Origin: Botryllus schlosseri
Taxonomy: Eukaryota
NCBI GenBank assembly: GCA_051294905.1
Contig: CM119376.1
Span: 16,492,001 to 16,556,000 of the forward strand
Direction of reading: 5' to 3'
Length of the DNA: 64,000 bases
A model generated the notes under the pieces. It was not told the origin of the DNA. It saw only the letters and a list, made by a program, of their open reading frames with translations, and made no database searches. Shown piece by piece: positions 20,492-33,447 of the stretch; position 1 is the first letter of the stretch; each line of letters opens with the position of its first letter. Position numbers and translations under genes: made by a program.

Positions 20492-21283
20492 GTCTACCAT
20501 CATAGATGGTGTAAATTGAACATATATAGGAACAGTACAGTAGCCTATGCATCATGTAGGCTATACGTTAATTTTTTTATTCTTATATTCTCCAAAAGTA
20601 AGTTTTCAATATCAAATGATAATGGAATTAATTGTCCTGCACACAGAGGTGGTCACTAACGAAGTACTTCTACTTTTTTGAAGTACTCAAGTAGTTTCCG
20701 CTGCTTGGGTACTTACTCAAGTAGATTTAATCTCCCGCTACTTCTACTTCGTAATAATTTGTGATCTACCTAATTTAATTACTTTTCGCTATTTTAAGTT
20801 TGTCAAGTAGAAGTAGTTTAATCCTCCGATCAGGAAGATAGCCTGAGGAATTTCGGGGCTGTTTTCACGGAGTATCACCATTTAATTTTCAGAAAAGTTG
20901 AGTAAAGTCCATAATTTTCGTCGCTCACGCGCAGTGGATATGGAGTGACCAGTAGGCCTATGATTTCACGAAAGAATCCGTGAATATAATTGAGATAGGG
21001 GGTTGCGTGGTTCCGTTCACACCGCATTGTCGCCCATATGAAATAGTTCATAACAGTATATGGCCCATCATAACGTTTGAAACTGATGTTTCGCAATCTA
21101 GAATTTACTTACTGTCGTAATCTAGCAGTCCTAATCCGGAAAAGTGAATTCTGACTTTTTTTAGCTTTAACCTGTTATAGTTTCAGGAGGTTACGATAAG
21201 TGCCCACTGTGACAGATATAGCCCGTCCGTTCGTCTGGGATAGTATACGGCAAGTCCGTTGCCTACGGATATCAGCTTACAGT

Positions 21284-22583
21284 CAGCACCGTAACTGCCG
21301 CACCCCAAACCCTCCAATTGGTGGGGCCCGAGCTCGAAGGGGGCCCAAACTTATTTCGTGACTTAGCATAAATCATATGGTATTTTTTGAAAATGTATGC
21401 AATTTTTTCAAAATTTTTTCGCGTTGCGCGCGAATTTCAAGTAGCCATTTATCTTTATTGTTGGGTACTGCATGGGCCCTTACCGCGCCACGACCCACCA
21501 AGACATAGAATCAAGTTTTAGACCATATAACATGCGACTCCAAGAAATGTGCCAGAACGATCGGGAACGAGAAAACCTTGGCCGAAAAGGTCTATGCTCT
21601 TATGCTGACCGAAGACTTCGTTAAATATACAAAATACATTAAGGTTTAATTGTCCATAGGCGCCTAAATGACTGGCGCCGAATGTTCCTGTCTTTGCAAT
21701 CTGAACCTCACAAGACAAATGCCATCCCGCTGGGAAAAATTTTATGCCAGTGAAGAAATACCAATTTGAAATCGTGTGCGTCTCTTAGTTTAGAAGCCTA
21801 CGTTTGGGCGATTCTACATTTTTTGATATAGCAGACTGGAAGTCACAAAATAACATTATGCATAACGATCGAAGTCATATCGACGGGTCGGCCCGCCCGA
21901 AGATGTTTAATTATTATTTACGAGCCCTCCCGTTTTCAAAACACTTCACTCAGCTCTACCGGTAAATCTAATTACGTGAGTAGAGAGGACAATAAATTGA
22001 TAGCATAATATATATGCAATCGCCGATCTGATTGACCGATTTTATATAAATTATCGAAAATTTTCGCGCCTGGCGCTGGCTCACAATACAGTACAGATGA
22101 TTTCGTGACAAACGCGAACAACGTGATGGAGGGGTCGTTTCATCACCCTATGGGAGCACAAGACCCACGTTTTTTTGGGCCTGATGAGGTGCTGTATCGT
22201 TCCTGCCAACGGGTATTACGCCCGAAGATGTTTAATTATTATTGAGTGGTCCTACCTTTTCAAACACACCTCACTCAGCTTCACCGGCAAATCTGATTAC
22301 GTGAGCAGAGAGTAGATAAAAATTGATAACAATATATATGCAATTCCCGATCATCCATTATACTGACCGATTCAGTCATGAATTCTAGAAATTTCTCGCG
22401 CTCCGCGCGCTTAGGCGACAAAAGCTGATTCACTAAACAAACTCCCAACGAATATGATAAATAGCGGGAAACAGGCTATCGCCGGAGGTGGGTCTGGGGG
22501 GCGAAGCGAAGCCCCCCAGAAGTTCGGTCTATAACCCTATGGGGCGCCCAAGACCAAAGTTTGGGGGTGCTGTTACGGCCCTG
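21284..22583. mobile_element. 1.3-kb non-autonomous hAT element
   Basis: TIR cagcaccgtaac / gttacggccctg; perfect TSD CTTACAGT at 21276-21283 and 22584-22591; internal duplication of about 21895-22050 at about 22220-22380. Confidence 0.88.
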
Positions 22584-23231
22584 CTTACAGTTTATACTTA
22601 ACTGGCACTTCCGCAGTAGCTGACACGTACGTCCTGTGTTCCGTGTAGTTCTTGACTGGCAGTTCAATAGAGATGACAACAATTGCCTTATCCAGATATA
22701 TTGTAGGCCTACAGTAATTCGGATAGTGCAGTGTACATGAGTCTCGTAGATCTGAGTCAATTATACGATATGCGCTAGGTCATATACCAGCGATAAGCCA
22801 CGTGATATAGAATTATACCATAACAGATAGGAGAGAGATGGAGCCAGAGCTTCTACATTACCCCCTTCAAAGAGGCGTGATTAGCGACAATACGAAGTGA
22901 CAGTAACATGGAGTGAATGGTGGTGATACGATTTTGAAATGCAATTTTGCAACAGAACACTGTAGTGGAGTCGTATGGAAACGCGGTAAGGTCGAAATAT
23001 AAAATCGATAAGTTTTGGAAAAAAGGAATGATCTGGTTTGGAAAAGGCAAAGTTTTTTTGTATTATTATAAGAAACAAAGGACAATAAAGTAAAGGGCGA
23101 GTAGCGTCATTGATAACCACCGCGCCATGCGTGCATAAAGTTAATGTGTACGGCGTGGCATACTTGAAAAACGGTTTTAAGGAGTCATCGGAAATCCCGT
23201 ATCTGCGAGTCTGGGACGATTTGGGGTTACA

Positions 23232-26113
23232 ATCATCATCATCATTGGTTTATTAGCAATTTTATCAGTTCAATACATCACAAAAAATGCGATACAATGA
23301 AAAGACAGGAAGATGTCGAAGTGACAAGGAGTAGTCTATGGAATCTGACACCCACCTTGGTCTAGGCGATGTAAAGAGGAGGCATGCACACTGAATGAAA
23401 GTAAAGAAGATAGTATAGAAAAAGAATGCGACAAGAAATAGGGCGGCATGTCATGGGAAGCGAGATCGATAGGTCAGTCGTGGTCCGGTAATCTTGAGGA
23501 TGGACTGTATTTATTTAGTAGTAATTGCTTGTATTTCGACTTGAATGTGGACATGCTCGTCGACTGTCGGATGGCCGGCGGGATACTGTTCCACACATCA
23601 GGTCCGGCATATTTGATGGAGCGATGATCTTTTCGGTCGATCATATGATATTTGGACGACGTGGACGCGCGTGTGTTGTACTTGTGCGCTTTTGATTCAG
23701 AGGTAAAGAAGTCATTGAAATATTCGGGGCAACGACCGCAGTGAAACTGATACATAAACTTGGCGATTTCTAGTTTCCGCATATCTTCTATGTTTAGGAC
23801 GCCAAATCTCTTCAGCAGCGACTTATTGGATGGGCAGCCAGGCCCCTTTGGAGCCCTAGCTATGATTCGGAGTACTTTATGCTGTAGTTTCTGCATTGGC
23901 TTGAGTGCAGTTTTACTGGCAGCCCCCCAACAGAGGATGCCATAATGTAACTTCGATTGGATTAAGGATTTAAAGAGTATCAGAAGAACCCATGCTGGCA
24001 TGAAGCGCCCAAGGCTGTAGAACAGGCCGCACTTCGGTGATAATTTAGTTTCTAGGGACTGAATATGACTCTTCCAGGACATGTTCGAGTCCAGTAAAAC
24101 TCCGAGATATTTGGCATTATCTGTGTTGGAAACGGGCTGACCAGCGATATTAACGGTTAGGTTATTTTTTGAATTTACTGTCAGCAATTGCGATTTCGAG
24201 GCGTTTATGCAAGGGTTATTCTGGGCCGTCCACTCATGGACTTTGGGCATTTGGTCACCAGTCAGGGCATCCAGCTCTGCCGTCGAAGATGCGGAAGAGA
24301 GGAGGTGAGTATCATCAGCGAACAGTGTGGTGTTCAATGAGGAGGTTTCAAAAATGTCGTTGACATATAAGGTGAAAAGGACCGGTCCAAGTACTGAGCC
24401 CTGGGGCACACCACAGGTCACCGGGTGAGAAGAGGACAAGGTGTCTGAGATCGCAACCATTTGTTGGCGTCCAGTGAGGTAACTTTTCATGAGCTCAAGT
24501 TGTGGGCCCCGAAGTCCGTAACGCGCCAATTTCGAGATGAGAATTTTATGATCTACGCAGTCAAACGCTTTTTTTAGGTCGAGAAAAATGCTACATCCCA
24601 CATTTCGCTTCTCTGAGATATCATAGTACTGTTCGGCCACTGTTAGGAGGGCATGAGCGGTTTGGTGTTTGTTTCGGAAGCCAAATTGTTGAGGAGAAAT
24701 GACAGACATTTTTGCGAGGAATGAGGACAGGCGGGAGAGGAGCAACTTTTCGAATACAATCCCGAAGCATGGGAGAACGGATATCGGACGGTAGTTGGTG
24801 ACATTAGTTCTATCCCCAGCTTTGTGTACAGGGACTACTCTGGCTTTTTTTAGATAGCTTGGGTAGACTCCATTTTCTATCATGAAGTTGAAAAAATGGG
24901 CCATATATTGACCGATATGCAGGCTTATCATTTTTAAAAACCATGATGGGATTTGGTCATAGCCGTCGGCCTTGTGCGATTTCAGTTTGTGGATGGCTAC
25001 TTCTACTTCGTATTTGGTCGTAGGTTCAAGCACAATTGACCGGGATATCGATCTCACCTCTGACCTGGCCGACACAGGTTTTGTAATAGAAGAAGCAATA
25101 TTTGGGCCTACGTTACAAAAATATTCATTGAAGTGATTCGCGATGGCCGCGGGGTCTGAAAGTTTGTTTCCGGTATCCGAATTCACAATTTCCGAAACAG
25201 ACTTATGGCCTTGTTTTCGATGTAGGAGAGAGTTAAGTCCTGACCATGTTTTTCGAGTGTCCTTTATGTGTCTGTTGAAAAATCTCTCATTGTACTTTGC
25301 TTTTGCCTTGGAAATGAGATGCACGGTGCGATTCCTGAAACGTCGAAATCTTTCTCGTTCATGTTCTGGGCAGTTCTTGGTGTCTATTCGGTTATGCCAC
25401 CGGTTACGTTTACGGATAAGTTGAATCAGCTTTGTGGTCATCCACGGATTTCGCTTCAATTTTCTTTGACTTCTCGAAAGGCGCTGTAGAGGTGCAAATT
25501 GTTCCAGCAGTGATTTGATAGCAGACATAAACTCTACAAATTTTTCGTCAAAGTTGTTTACGGAGATGTGGGGGATGGCTGATGTTTTAAATTGATTGAA
25601 TGCGGCATCATCGAGCGCTTCTTCGTCCACTAACTCTCGTCGTCTGCAGAGGTGATATGTTTCGGGGGGTGTCCTTTGTTGTTCTTGTGATAGAAAACCA
25701 ATATGGCTGTGGTCACTGATTTTTGCCGAAATGACAAATGGAATGATTTCCATGTCGCGCGAGTTGGTATATATGTGGTCGATCAAAGTCCTTGACTTTT
25801 CGGTTATGCGTGTAGGCTCGGTGATCATTTGGTAGAGACCGGCGGATTTGACGGCGTTGGAGTATGCGTTGCCTTTGTGTTTTAGAAGGTTTATGTTAAT
25901 ATCTCCCGCAATGAAACACATCTTTTTGTCGCTGTTGACTTTGTCCAGTGAGCGCTCCAACGCTTTTGCGAATTGGTTCATGTTTTTCGTGGGATGACGG
26001 TATAATACGGCCACAAGAAAAGATTTGTGAATTCCAATTGGGTGATCAACTTCCAGCCATAGCTCTTCGCAATCTTTGACGTTCAGATCGTAGTCCGTGC
26101 AAAGCCGAATCAC
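23232..26113 (-). mobile_element. L2/CR1-group LINE, 5'-truncated within the endonuclease domain, with short (TGA)n tail
   Basis: 879-aa uninterrupted ORF followed by a roughly 240-nt 3' UTR and a tgatgatgatt tail at 23232-23245. The N-terminal APE motifs are absent and no TSD was found. Confidence 0.93.
23474..26113 (-). CDS. LINE ORF2 (partial APE endonuclease plus reverse transcriptase)
   Basis: Motifs LYRHP, AGDININLL, TLIDHIYTN and SDH (endonuclease); NYRPISVLP, QFGFR, FLDLKKAFDCVDH, GVPQGSVLGP, LFADD and KYLGV (reverse transcriptase). Confidence 0.93.
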   Translation of the reverse strand: MIRLCTDYDLNVKDCEELWLEVDHPIGIHKSFLVAVLYRHPTKNMNQFAKALERSLDKVNSDKKMCFIAGDININLLKHKGNAYSNAVKSAGLYQMITEPTRITEKSRTLIDHIYTNSRDMEIIPFVISAKISDHSHIGFLSQEQQRTPPETYHLCRRRELVDEEALDDAAFNQFKTSAIPHISVNNFDEKFVEFMSAIKSLLEQFAPLQRLSRSQRKLKRNPWMTTKLIQLIRKRNRWHNRIDTKNCPEHERERFRRFRNRTVHLISKAKAKYNERFFNRHIKDTRKTWSGLNSLLHRKQGHKSVSEIVNSDTGNKLSDPAAIANHFNEYFCNVGPNIASSITKPVSARSEVRSISRSIVLEPTTKYEVEVAIHKLKSHKADGYDQIPSWFLKMISLHIGQYMAHFFNFMIENGVYPSYLKKARVVPVHKAGDRTNVTNYRPISVLPCFGIVFEKLLLSRLSSFLAKMSVISPQQFGFRNKHQTAHALLTVAEQYYDISEKRNVGCSIFLDLKKAFDCVDHKILISKLARYGLRGPQLELMKSYLTGRQQMVAISDTLSSSHPVTCGVPQGSVLGPVLFTLYVNDIFETSSLNTTLFADDTHLLSSASSTAELDALTGDQMPKVHEWTAQNNPCINASKSQLLTVNSKNNLTVNIAGQPVSNTDNAKYLGVLLDSNMSWKSHIQSLETKLSPKCGLFYSLGRFMPAWVLLILFKSLIQSKLHYGILCWGAASKTALKPMQKLQHKVLRIIARAPKGPGCPSNKSLLKRFGVLNIEDMRKLEIAKFMYQFHCGRCPEYFNDFFTSESKAHKYNTRASTSSKYHMIDRKDHRSIKYAGPDVWNSIPPAIRQSTSMSTFKSKYKQLLLNKYSPSSRLPDHD

Positions 26114-27339
26114 TCAACTCGTTAGTCGACAATTAGGGGGGGAATTATTTTCGGAGTGATGTAAGGGGACTGAGACATGATGAAGTCATATTATGCGAAT
26201 AGAGTTGTGAGAATTCGTTACCAGTAAAATCTGCGGCTTGAGAAATCGGCGCGATCAAAGCCGTGTTTGGTTCTAGTCATCACTAAGAAGGCCGAAACCA
26301 AATCCGATTAATAACGGGTTGCCGACAAGGGCGGTAGTTATGGTCGCCAAGCAAAATAACATGCATGCATAAAAAGGGGAATAATAAAACACATTAAAAT
26401 TGGTCCTCTGAGGGATAAATCAATGTCCAAGAATCCGGCATCCATTAGGGCGAGTGACGAACACATGTGCCGCTATAAATGGCCCGAACGGGAAAGTCAG
26501 TTCGTCATGTCATGCGAAAGTAAGTTACAAAGCCGTGTGGGAAAAACCGCCAAATTGCCGAAATATTAACAGAAGTCTGCTCATTTCATGTATTGATAAC
26601 CCCGCCAATGTAATGGACATATGTAATCGCGATATGGCATTAAAGACCAAGCGGGTTTGTAGATTTTCGATGCGCGAGACGCGAGCGCGAAGCGGAAATG
26701 GTGCGGTAAGATTCCGGCTGAAACAGCATCCTTAGAACCGCACGATGTAATCGTGAATGCGATTCATTCAGCCAGGTCGCTCTTGATATAAGCGATTCAG
26801 CGCGTCTTTTGGGCATCGCGGTCAGGTAGCGAGTAATGTCTTTCGTGAGCATTTGGTGTTCGGCAATCTGGTGCGGTCACGGCGGCGTGAATACGATTTC
26901 TGGAAGATAAGTCGGCAGCAATATCAAGGAAACCAATACATGCTCGCGCCGTAAACACGAGTAGTAATAAGAACATATAATAACAACAAAAGCATGCAAA
27001 CAATAATAAGGCAACAATCAAGCCACGTGTGGCAGGCAGCGAAACAGATGATGGATGGCTCCTTCCTTTAGGTAGGAAACTAGTACATCTATCTTCCGCA
27101 ATCAATTCAAGTGGTGGTGGTGACGTCATCTATGTGACGTAGGCAACCACTCGTAAAAATAATGAAAAAAGGGTAGAAATCAAACTGGACAGCTAAGTAC
27201 ATCGAAACACGTGTATTGTGGTAGCAAGTCAAATCTAGTGTCGATATAAAATCAACGGGATTTGCAATATTGACGTGGTTTAATCAAGAATTTGGTCCAC
27301 TAACGGATCGAAAGAAAGGGATAACAATAGCAATCAAAC

Positions 27340-27710
27340 ATCACTGCACGCAAGTGTAAAAACGTGCCAAGCAGACGGAACGGGACGATTCCCGTCGGAG
27401 GTTTATCTGGGCTCCTCTTCCCCTGCCGCTGCCTTTCTTACGGCGACAAAAAGCCCAGAAAAAGACCCGACGAAGAAAGCATTCACAAGAAATGGAAAGA
27501 ACTAGTAGAAAGGGCCGCGGCTTCAAAACAAGATCGAAAAGAACTGTGACATCGGGTACTCTAGGCCGAGGTGGATGTTAGAGTAAAGGATCGCTACTGA
27601 TGCGTGTCGTTCGACATCCTCCTATCTGTTCATGATATCGCATTGTGTCTTATCGCATTGTGTATTGTGTGTGACTTGTTCAGATGAAAAATATAACCCA
27701 ACGATGTGAT
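27340..27710 (+). mobile_element. tRNA-derived SINE with the shared core and a LINE-derived 3' tail
   Basis: B-box-like gggacgattccc and core ggtttatctgggctcctc at 27400. The 3' part ctaggccgaggtggatgttaga..ttcgacatcctcctatc..tatcgcatt matches the LINE 3' UTR. Confidence 0.7.
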
Positions 27711-27929
27711 GTTAGTATACCACCTTTGGAACTTTCTCGACTAAAGACATGACATACATTTTCCGATTTTTGAAGTAGTATTTATATTTCACTTTCAATT
27801 CCCAGTATCATATTTTAAGTTCTAATTATTAGTTTCTGTTATTTTGTCTTGAGAACATACTTGTTGAAGTATAGAAATAAGTGTAGTATGCGAGTATGCC
27901 TTTAATTTCCGGAAATAAAGCTGATAACC

Positions 27930-28130
27930 GAGCGAGATAGTGTAATGGTTATGTGTCCGGCTTCTCGATCGTGGGTCAGATCCCCGGCCCGGTCATATCA
28001 AAGACTCGAAAATTGGTATCCGCAGCTATCCTGCTAGTCGCTCAGCAATCACGGATAGCATAGAGGGAAAAAACGGGGGCGCAGACTAAATGACCTCATG
28101 GCCGTATCGCAACTCCGTCGTCAAAGCATC
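27930..28130 (+). mobile_element. tRNA-derived SINE of a different family
   Basis: A box atagtgtaatgg and B box gggtcagatccc, followed by ggtcatatcaaagactcgaaaattggtatc..ctgctagtcgctcagca, a central-domain type I recall from aquatic-animal SINEs (family not confirmed). Confidence 0.6.
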
Positions 28131-28844
28131 TCGATGGTGCAGGCGAAAAAGAATATCATATCTCTCCCTCTCTTCACAATATGGAATTTTTACGGTCCAC
28201 CGTATTTTTTATTAACGTTCACTAATCGCGCAAAGTGTTTACACCGTATCCAATACAACTTCTCCGTATTGCTCTTCGACTAAACTATAGGGGCCTTATA
28301 ATATGGGGTAGGGCGCCATACCATGATATTTTCCAAAACGGGCTGCTCGAGTAAACAGAGGATTAGTATCGCATTTCCATATTAATACTATCATTTTCAT
28401 CCCATGATGTGGACGAATGCTTATGCTGTCAAAAATTGGATACCTCTGGTATGCATCAATAGGAATCAAGCTCGGCACTTTTCGCATCTAGCTCAATTTG
28501 CAGCTTTTGACAATCCATGCGAACGAACTAGGATCGTTTTCAAAATTACTTACTTACTGGAGTAGATTTAAAGTCAGTCAATTCTACTTCTATATCAAGT
28601 AGTTTTAGGTTGCTTATGGAAGAAGTACTTCTACTCGTACTTGAGTAACTTTCTTGACTACTTTGACCACCTCTGCCTGCACATCGCAAAATTATAATCC
28701 CACATGGCACTAATCAGTATCCGAAACTTTGACAAAATTTGAGTTCACAATTTGTTTCCACGCATATACAACTCTTCGAATTCCAGTCCTCAAAAACATA
28801 TTCCAGTACAATGTCGTTCAAGCAACACCTTGCGTCCAGGTCCA

Positions 28845-29025
28845 GGTGCGGGGATCGTAGTGGTGACGATATGCGCCTGCTACCAGGGCCGCCCGGGCTC
28901 GATTCCGCGTCGGAAGATATTATGTGCTCCTTTAAAACCGCGTCGCTGTTCTTACAGCGACACTGGAAGCACAGAGAAGACGACGAAAGAGCGCACTCAC
29001 AAGAAAATTTTCGAGTAGAATAAAT
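28845..29025 (+). mobile_element. tRNA(Gly/Asp)-like-headed SINE sharing the same core
   Basis: Head gatcgtagtggtgacgatatgcgcctgctaccagggccgcccgggctcgattccgcgtcgga, followed by tgtgctcct..cttacagcgac..cactcacaagaaa as in 27400-27490. Confidence 0.7.
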
Positions 29026-29304
29026 CTGCTGACCGGATAATATTCCACTTTTTATCTATTTCCAAAATATTTTTGGGCTCTAGACAGCTTATAGGCCTAA
29101 TTCCACAATGCATCTCCCTGATTTGGTGCTTAGTACCCAACGGGGTCCACAGACCGCTGGTCGAGAACCCGTGTTTTGGCCTCTTTCGCGGGCGCATAGC
29201 ACTCGCTTATACATGGCTTCTACCAGCAAATTCTTTATATGCTCGTTTTTGTCTATTTTCCTAGACAAGTTATCACAGAAACAACCTTTAGGTCGTAGCA
29301 TTAT

Positions 29305-31371
29305 TTATATGGGATCAGCGTATTTATTGATGCCGGTATTCAAGAAATCGTACATCTTTGGAAACGCTTTAAGTGCATTTTCTGAAGTAATCTTCATAAC
29401 ATCTTCGCAAGACATTCCCTTGATCTGAGCAATCCACTCGCAGGATATTCTGATATTGGCAGGAACATTTCTGACCTAAAAAGATGGTCAAGTTGAGTAC
29501 CTCTAAAAGTATTCCTTGCGATGCACCCATCCACACCTGTGACTCTCAGCCCCTGGATTACTACATGCTGTCAAATACTAGGCTAACTTTGAAAATGCAG
29601 TCAAATATTCAAAAATGTCATATCCAAGCGACAAAGATCCGAACTAGACAAAGGTGTTGTGAAACTGAAATGATTGGGTGCAAGCAATACAAGGAGGATT
29701 AAGGCAAGATAGAATCTAGTGCAATTTAATTCAATTAATGTAAAATGCTTAATTTTGATGTAATGTTCAGGGATCGCAACTACAGATCATGAAAATTCAA
29801 TTGCATTTTTCGACATTGTGATCCTATCTCTGTGAAGCAAGTATGTCTGCGAAGGCAGCAACCAAAAAAATGAATTAGAATAGACACAGACGAGATACGT
29901 GGAGTGTCAACAACTAGATTGAATATAATCAACACTCCTGGTGATCTGCAGTATAGTTACTACAAGTGCACCAGTCTGTGGGTGTAAAATAGTTGGGAAG
30001 TACTGGTCTACTGATCAGACAGCGTACTAAAATCTTCGGGTCACCAGAACATCAACCCATAACATGGTGATACCTGTTTTTCCGGACCCAGGGCAGGAGA
30101 ATCAGTTTCCAACAGAATTCGATCCATTGGCAGAGCTTTGACAAGGTTTTGCTTCTGAGACAAACAATAATATAATTAGTAACTAGTTAAGTACAGTAAA
30201 ATAATACAGCATTCCTATTTGATAGCATAAAGTCGAACATCGAACATCTACAATGACCTCGGGTCTCGAGTGCAAATGTGTAAGTGATGACAAAATTATG
30301 AGTGGAAACTTGATTCCTTCCACAGTAGATTATTTATCTATATGTAGTGATATTCCTGCGAATAGAGTGCTTTCATCGCATAATTTCAACAATTGGATAT
30401 TCAGATTCCTCATATCCGCTTAAACAAGCAACATATTTGCCAAGGAATTTTCAACTCATTGTGTGTTATTAGCGCATAGAGTATTACAAAATTTTCAGCA
30501 CACCTGTTCGCTTCTTGATATACAAGGAGGAATGGAAAAATAATATCCAGCTCTAGCTCCTTGCATAGCGGAATTCGCATTCCCACAGTAGGCATGAAGA
30601 ACGGCCTTTTGTATGCCATTTTCTATCATTTCACGAATCGCTGGTCTTCCAGCCGAGCGCGAGTGTACATTTCTTAAAGAAAATATATGTTGATTTAACT
30701 CTAACAGTAGCTACCAGAGCTTTTACTCACAAAGGTAAGTCATGTTTTTTTGCCATCTCCATCTAAAAAGTGAGATATATTTATAATTCTAACACATATT
30801 GTATTGATGTTAGTAAAGCAATGGAAACTCGAAGAGCTTTTGAAGATCGCCAGTGAACCTCATAATGCAATACAGCTATATGAAAGATGTCAAACAGAAA
30901 CACTCAAGTCATACTTGCTCTTTGAAAACAATTCTTTGGAGGTTCTTGCTTCCTTCTTCTTTGGTATAAAATGGCGTAAAGTCAAGTCCAACTTCTCCAA
31001 CCCCCACTATCTCATTAATATGTGATTCAATGAATGGTACTGCGTCTAAGAGGTCAGATGGAATAGCACTGCGTTCACCCGAATCTTCAGACTTCTGAAT
31101 CAAAACAATAAGGAACCAAAATTTGCATTTTAGTAATGAAATTGGTAGCAGTTCATGAACAAACCTGAACTGGGTGGATTCCTAGACAAGGAAATAAGAA
31201 ACCTCGATATCGATTGCAAATGCCAAGCACCTTTTCAAACTGGTTGTAAAATTCGGGAACTACAATAATACCTCTGACATTGGCGTCCCGTGCCTGAGTT
31301 ATGATCTCTGTAAGATCCTGATCAAACTGAGAGTCCGCTAAATGACAATGACAGTCAATATAGCCCTCCAT
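29305..31371 (-). CDS. TATDN3: TatD-family nuclease, TATDN3 ortholog, 6 exons
   Basis: Exons 31371-31165, 31094-30915, 30762-30731, 30672-30504, 30154-30074 and 29475-29305 with consistent phases. Motifs [37 protein letters not shown] and [17 protein letters not shown]. Confidence 0.95.
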
Positions 31372-31527
31372 TTACCAATATCTAAATCGAATCACTATGC
31401 CCAGCGCAGTTATACAGCTTAGCTACTACCAGGCTTACACCACGAAACAAATCGCCACTCATCTTGTTGTTTTGAAGTGGGGTAAGTGATGCAGATCCAG
31501 TCGATCACGTGTCAGAATATGGAATTT

Positions 31528-31980
31528 TATAAATTTTATTCCGCTCTTGGCCCTGGAACTCCCACAATCAGCCTCGAATTTTTCATTGTTATGGAGATTG
31601 GCATTGGGACGCAACAATGCCGAACAATGCTGTCTGGCTCTTCTTCTCTTGAGCTATTCTCTCGTTTCGCCAGACAGCATTGTTGCGTCCGAATTCCAAT
31701 CTCCATAACAATGAAAAATTCGAGGCTGATTGTGGGAGTTCCAGGGCCACGAGCGGAATAAAATTTATATTTTCGTAATCAGTGCAGAGTCAGCTTTCGA
31801 TTGATACCTGTTATAACAAATTTAATGCTTGGCAAGCAGGTCAAAAATGACAGTCAAATTGCCTGTAGCCAAATGAAAATGTGACGTGATACAATTTCAC
31901 TGAGGCGTGAGATTTGCTTGTGTCGACACCATATAGGACACTATGATTATACCATAGCCTTTATAAAGGCTATGATTATA
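31528..31980. mobile_element. Palindromic long-TIR element, left arm truncated, just upstream of TATDN3
   Basis: 31530-31636 is inverted relative to 31670-31770. 31740-31945 matches the reverse complement of 41705-41970. It ends in the mini-palindrome ccatagcctttataaaggctatg. Confidence 0.7.
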
Positions 31981-32302
31981 CCCTATCAATAATGTAGCAT
32001 TAATAGCCATGTTATGGTATAATAGTGTTCTAAATGGTGAGGACACTGGACACAGCAGCATCGAACGGCTCACTGCGTTTGGATCACGTCATTATAGAAA
32101 GTGACTTTCTATAACGTCATACTATGCATTTGGGTTACCACTTACCATTACCACAATAATGTCCTCGTTTTTGGAATTTGTCCATTTTTTGTATGACAAG
32201 GATTGGCATGAAAAATGCGACTCCGACGCTGCTAACGTCAGAGTTCCGTAAAAAAATCTGGTGAATCGGGAGTCGATTCAAAGTATCGACCTCTATTTAG
32301 AG

Positions 32303-33447
32303 CAGGGGTTCTCAAAGGGTGGGCCATGGCCCACTGGTGGGCCACAGAGTATTTTGAGGTGGGCCACAGAGCCATTTAGAAAATTTCAGAATTATTGTAA
32401 GTTTATTTATATTTCTTATGTTATTCGCTAAAAATACATTCGTATTATCTAATTATACGTAGGCTACATAAAGCTTTTCATCCGACTCTGATTAGACGTA
32501 TAGTGGCACGCATAAAGTCAGCTTGTACAAATCGAAAACGTTCGGGAAAAACAGTGGCTTTTTCTATTAATTGGCTATGACAACCTACGGCTAACAGCAA
32601 CTAAAATAATTTCTAGCGTATAATAACTAGAAGAGAATGTTGAAGTAACCGAGTATTCCGGCAGGGTCATATGTCGTATGCCGTTGAAAGGGGTATGCAA
32701 TGAACTCGCAATGAAGTGCAATTGATGTACAGATTTACCGTACTTCGGCAGGCCGTATTATTGCAAGCTAAACATGGCCATGATTGCAAATTATGAGCAA
32801 CTTCTGGCGGAGGTATACTGCACCACTGCAACAACAAATCTTAATGGATTGAGGATTTATCGGCGCGCATTAATCTTTGAAGTCGATTTAAAATGTCCGG
32901 CCTGGAAATCATTGTACATACTGAAATAGTCACGGGGATTGATTGTATCATTGCATTGAATATTCTGACATCGCAACTTCAGTTGTTCTGGTACAAGACA
33001 TACAAAGTACATCATGCATATTGAAAAATCTTTCTCCAATTCACCAATGAATTGTTCGAACCCGGCCCAGAATGATTATAATATTCCCCACAATAGTATC
33101 ACTAAAGGAGTTCTAGCTTATGATCTACCAGGGTCGTAACTGCCGCACCCATATCCCTAATTGGGGGAGCTCGAAGGGGCCCAAGATTATTTCGTTGGTC
33201 GTTTGTTGAATGATATTTATGCAACTTGAATTTTTTTTTCGCGCTTAGCGCGATTTCATGTCCCGGGAGATCGAGATTGAAATATCATCAGTTAGAGAAA
33301 ATTGCGCATATTTTAGAGAAATAGGCATATCAGCGCTGTTCATGACCACGCATTAAACAGGATTATGACTCCAAGACATCAGGTGGGCCACAGCACATTT
33401 TTAAAACGGAAAATGGGCCACGGCCAAGAAATGGCTAAGAACCCCTG
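32303..33447. mobile_element. 1.15-kb non-autonomous hAT element
   Basis: TIR caggggttct / agaacccctg; perfect TSD ATTTAGAG at 32295-32302 and 33448-33455; fragments of the family at 3516-3620 and 5630-5710. Confidence 0.9.

Noticed and set aside
21518-21718. Similar ORFs (SCEVQIAKTGTFGASHL; also 4214..4396) as a possible hAT transposase remnant
   Set aside because: The similarity reflects two copies of one non-autonomous element; no hAT catalytic or dimerisation motif is visible.
26114-27130. Possible LINE ORF1/5' UTR or host exons (ORFs 26454..26735, 26640..26852, 26797..27129)
   Set aside because: There are no endonuclease N-terminal or ORF1 motifs in any frame and no consistent splice model; left unannotated.
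27930-28910. tRNA-like sequences at 27930 and 28848
   Set aside because: The cloverleaf pairing is broken and both run into SINE body sequence, so they are SINE heads, not tRNA genes.
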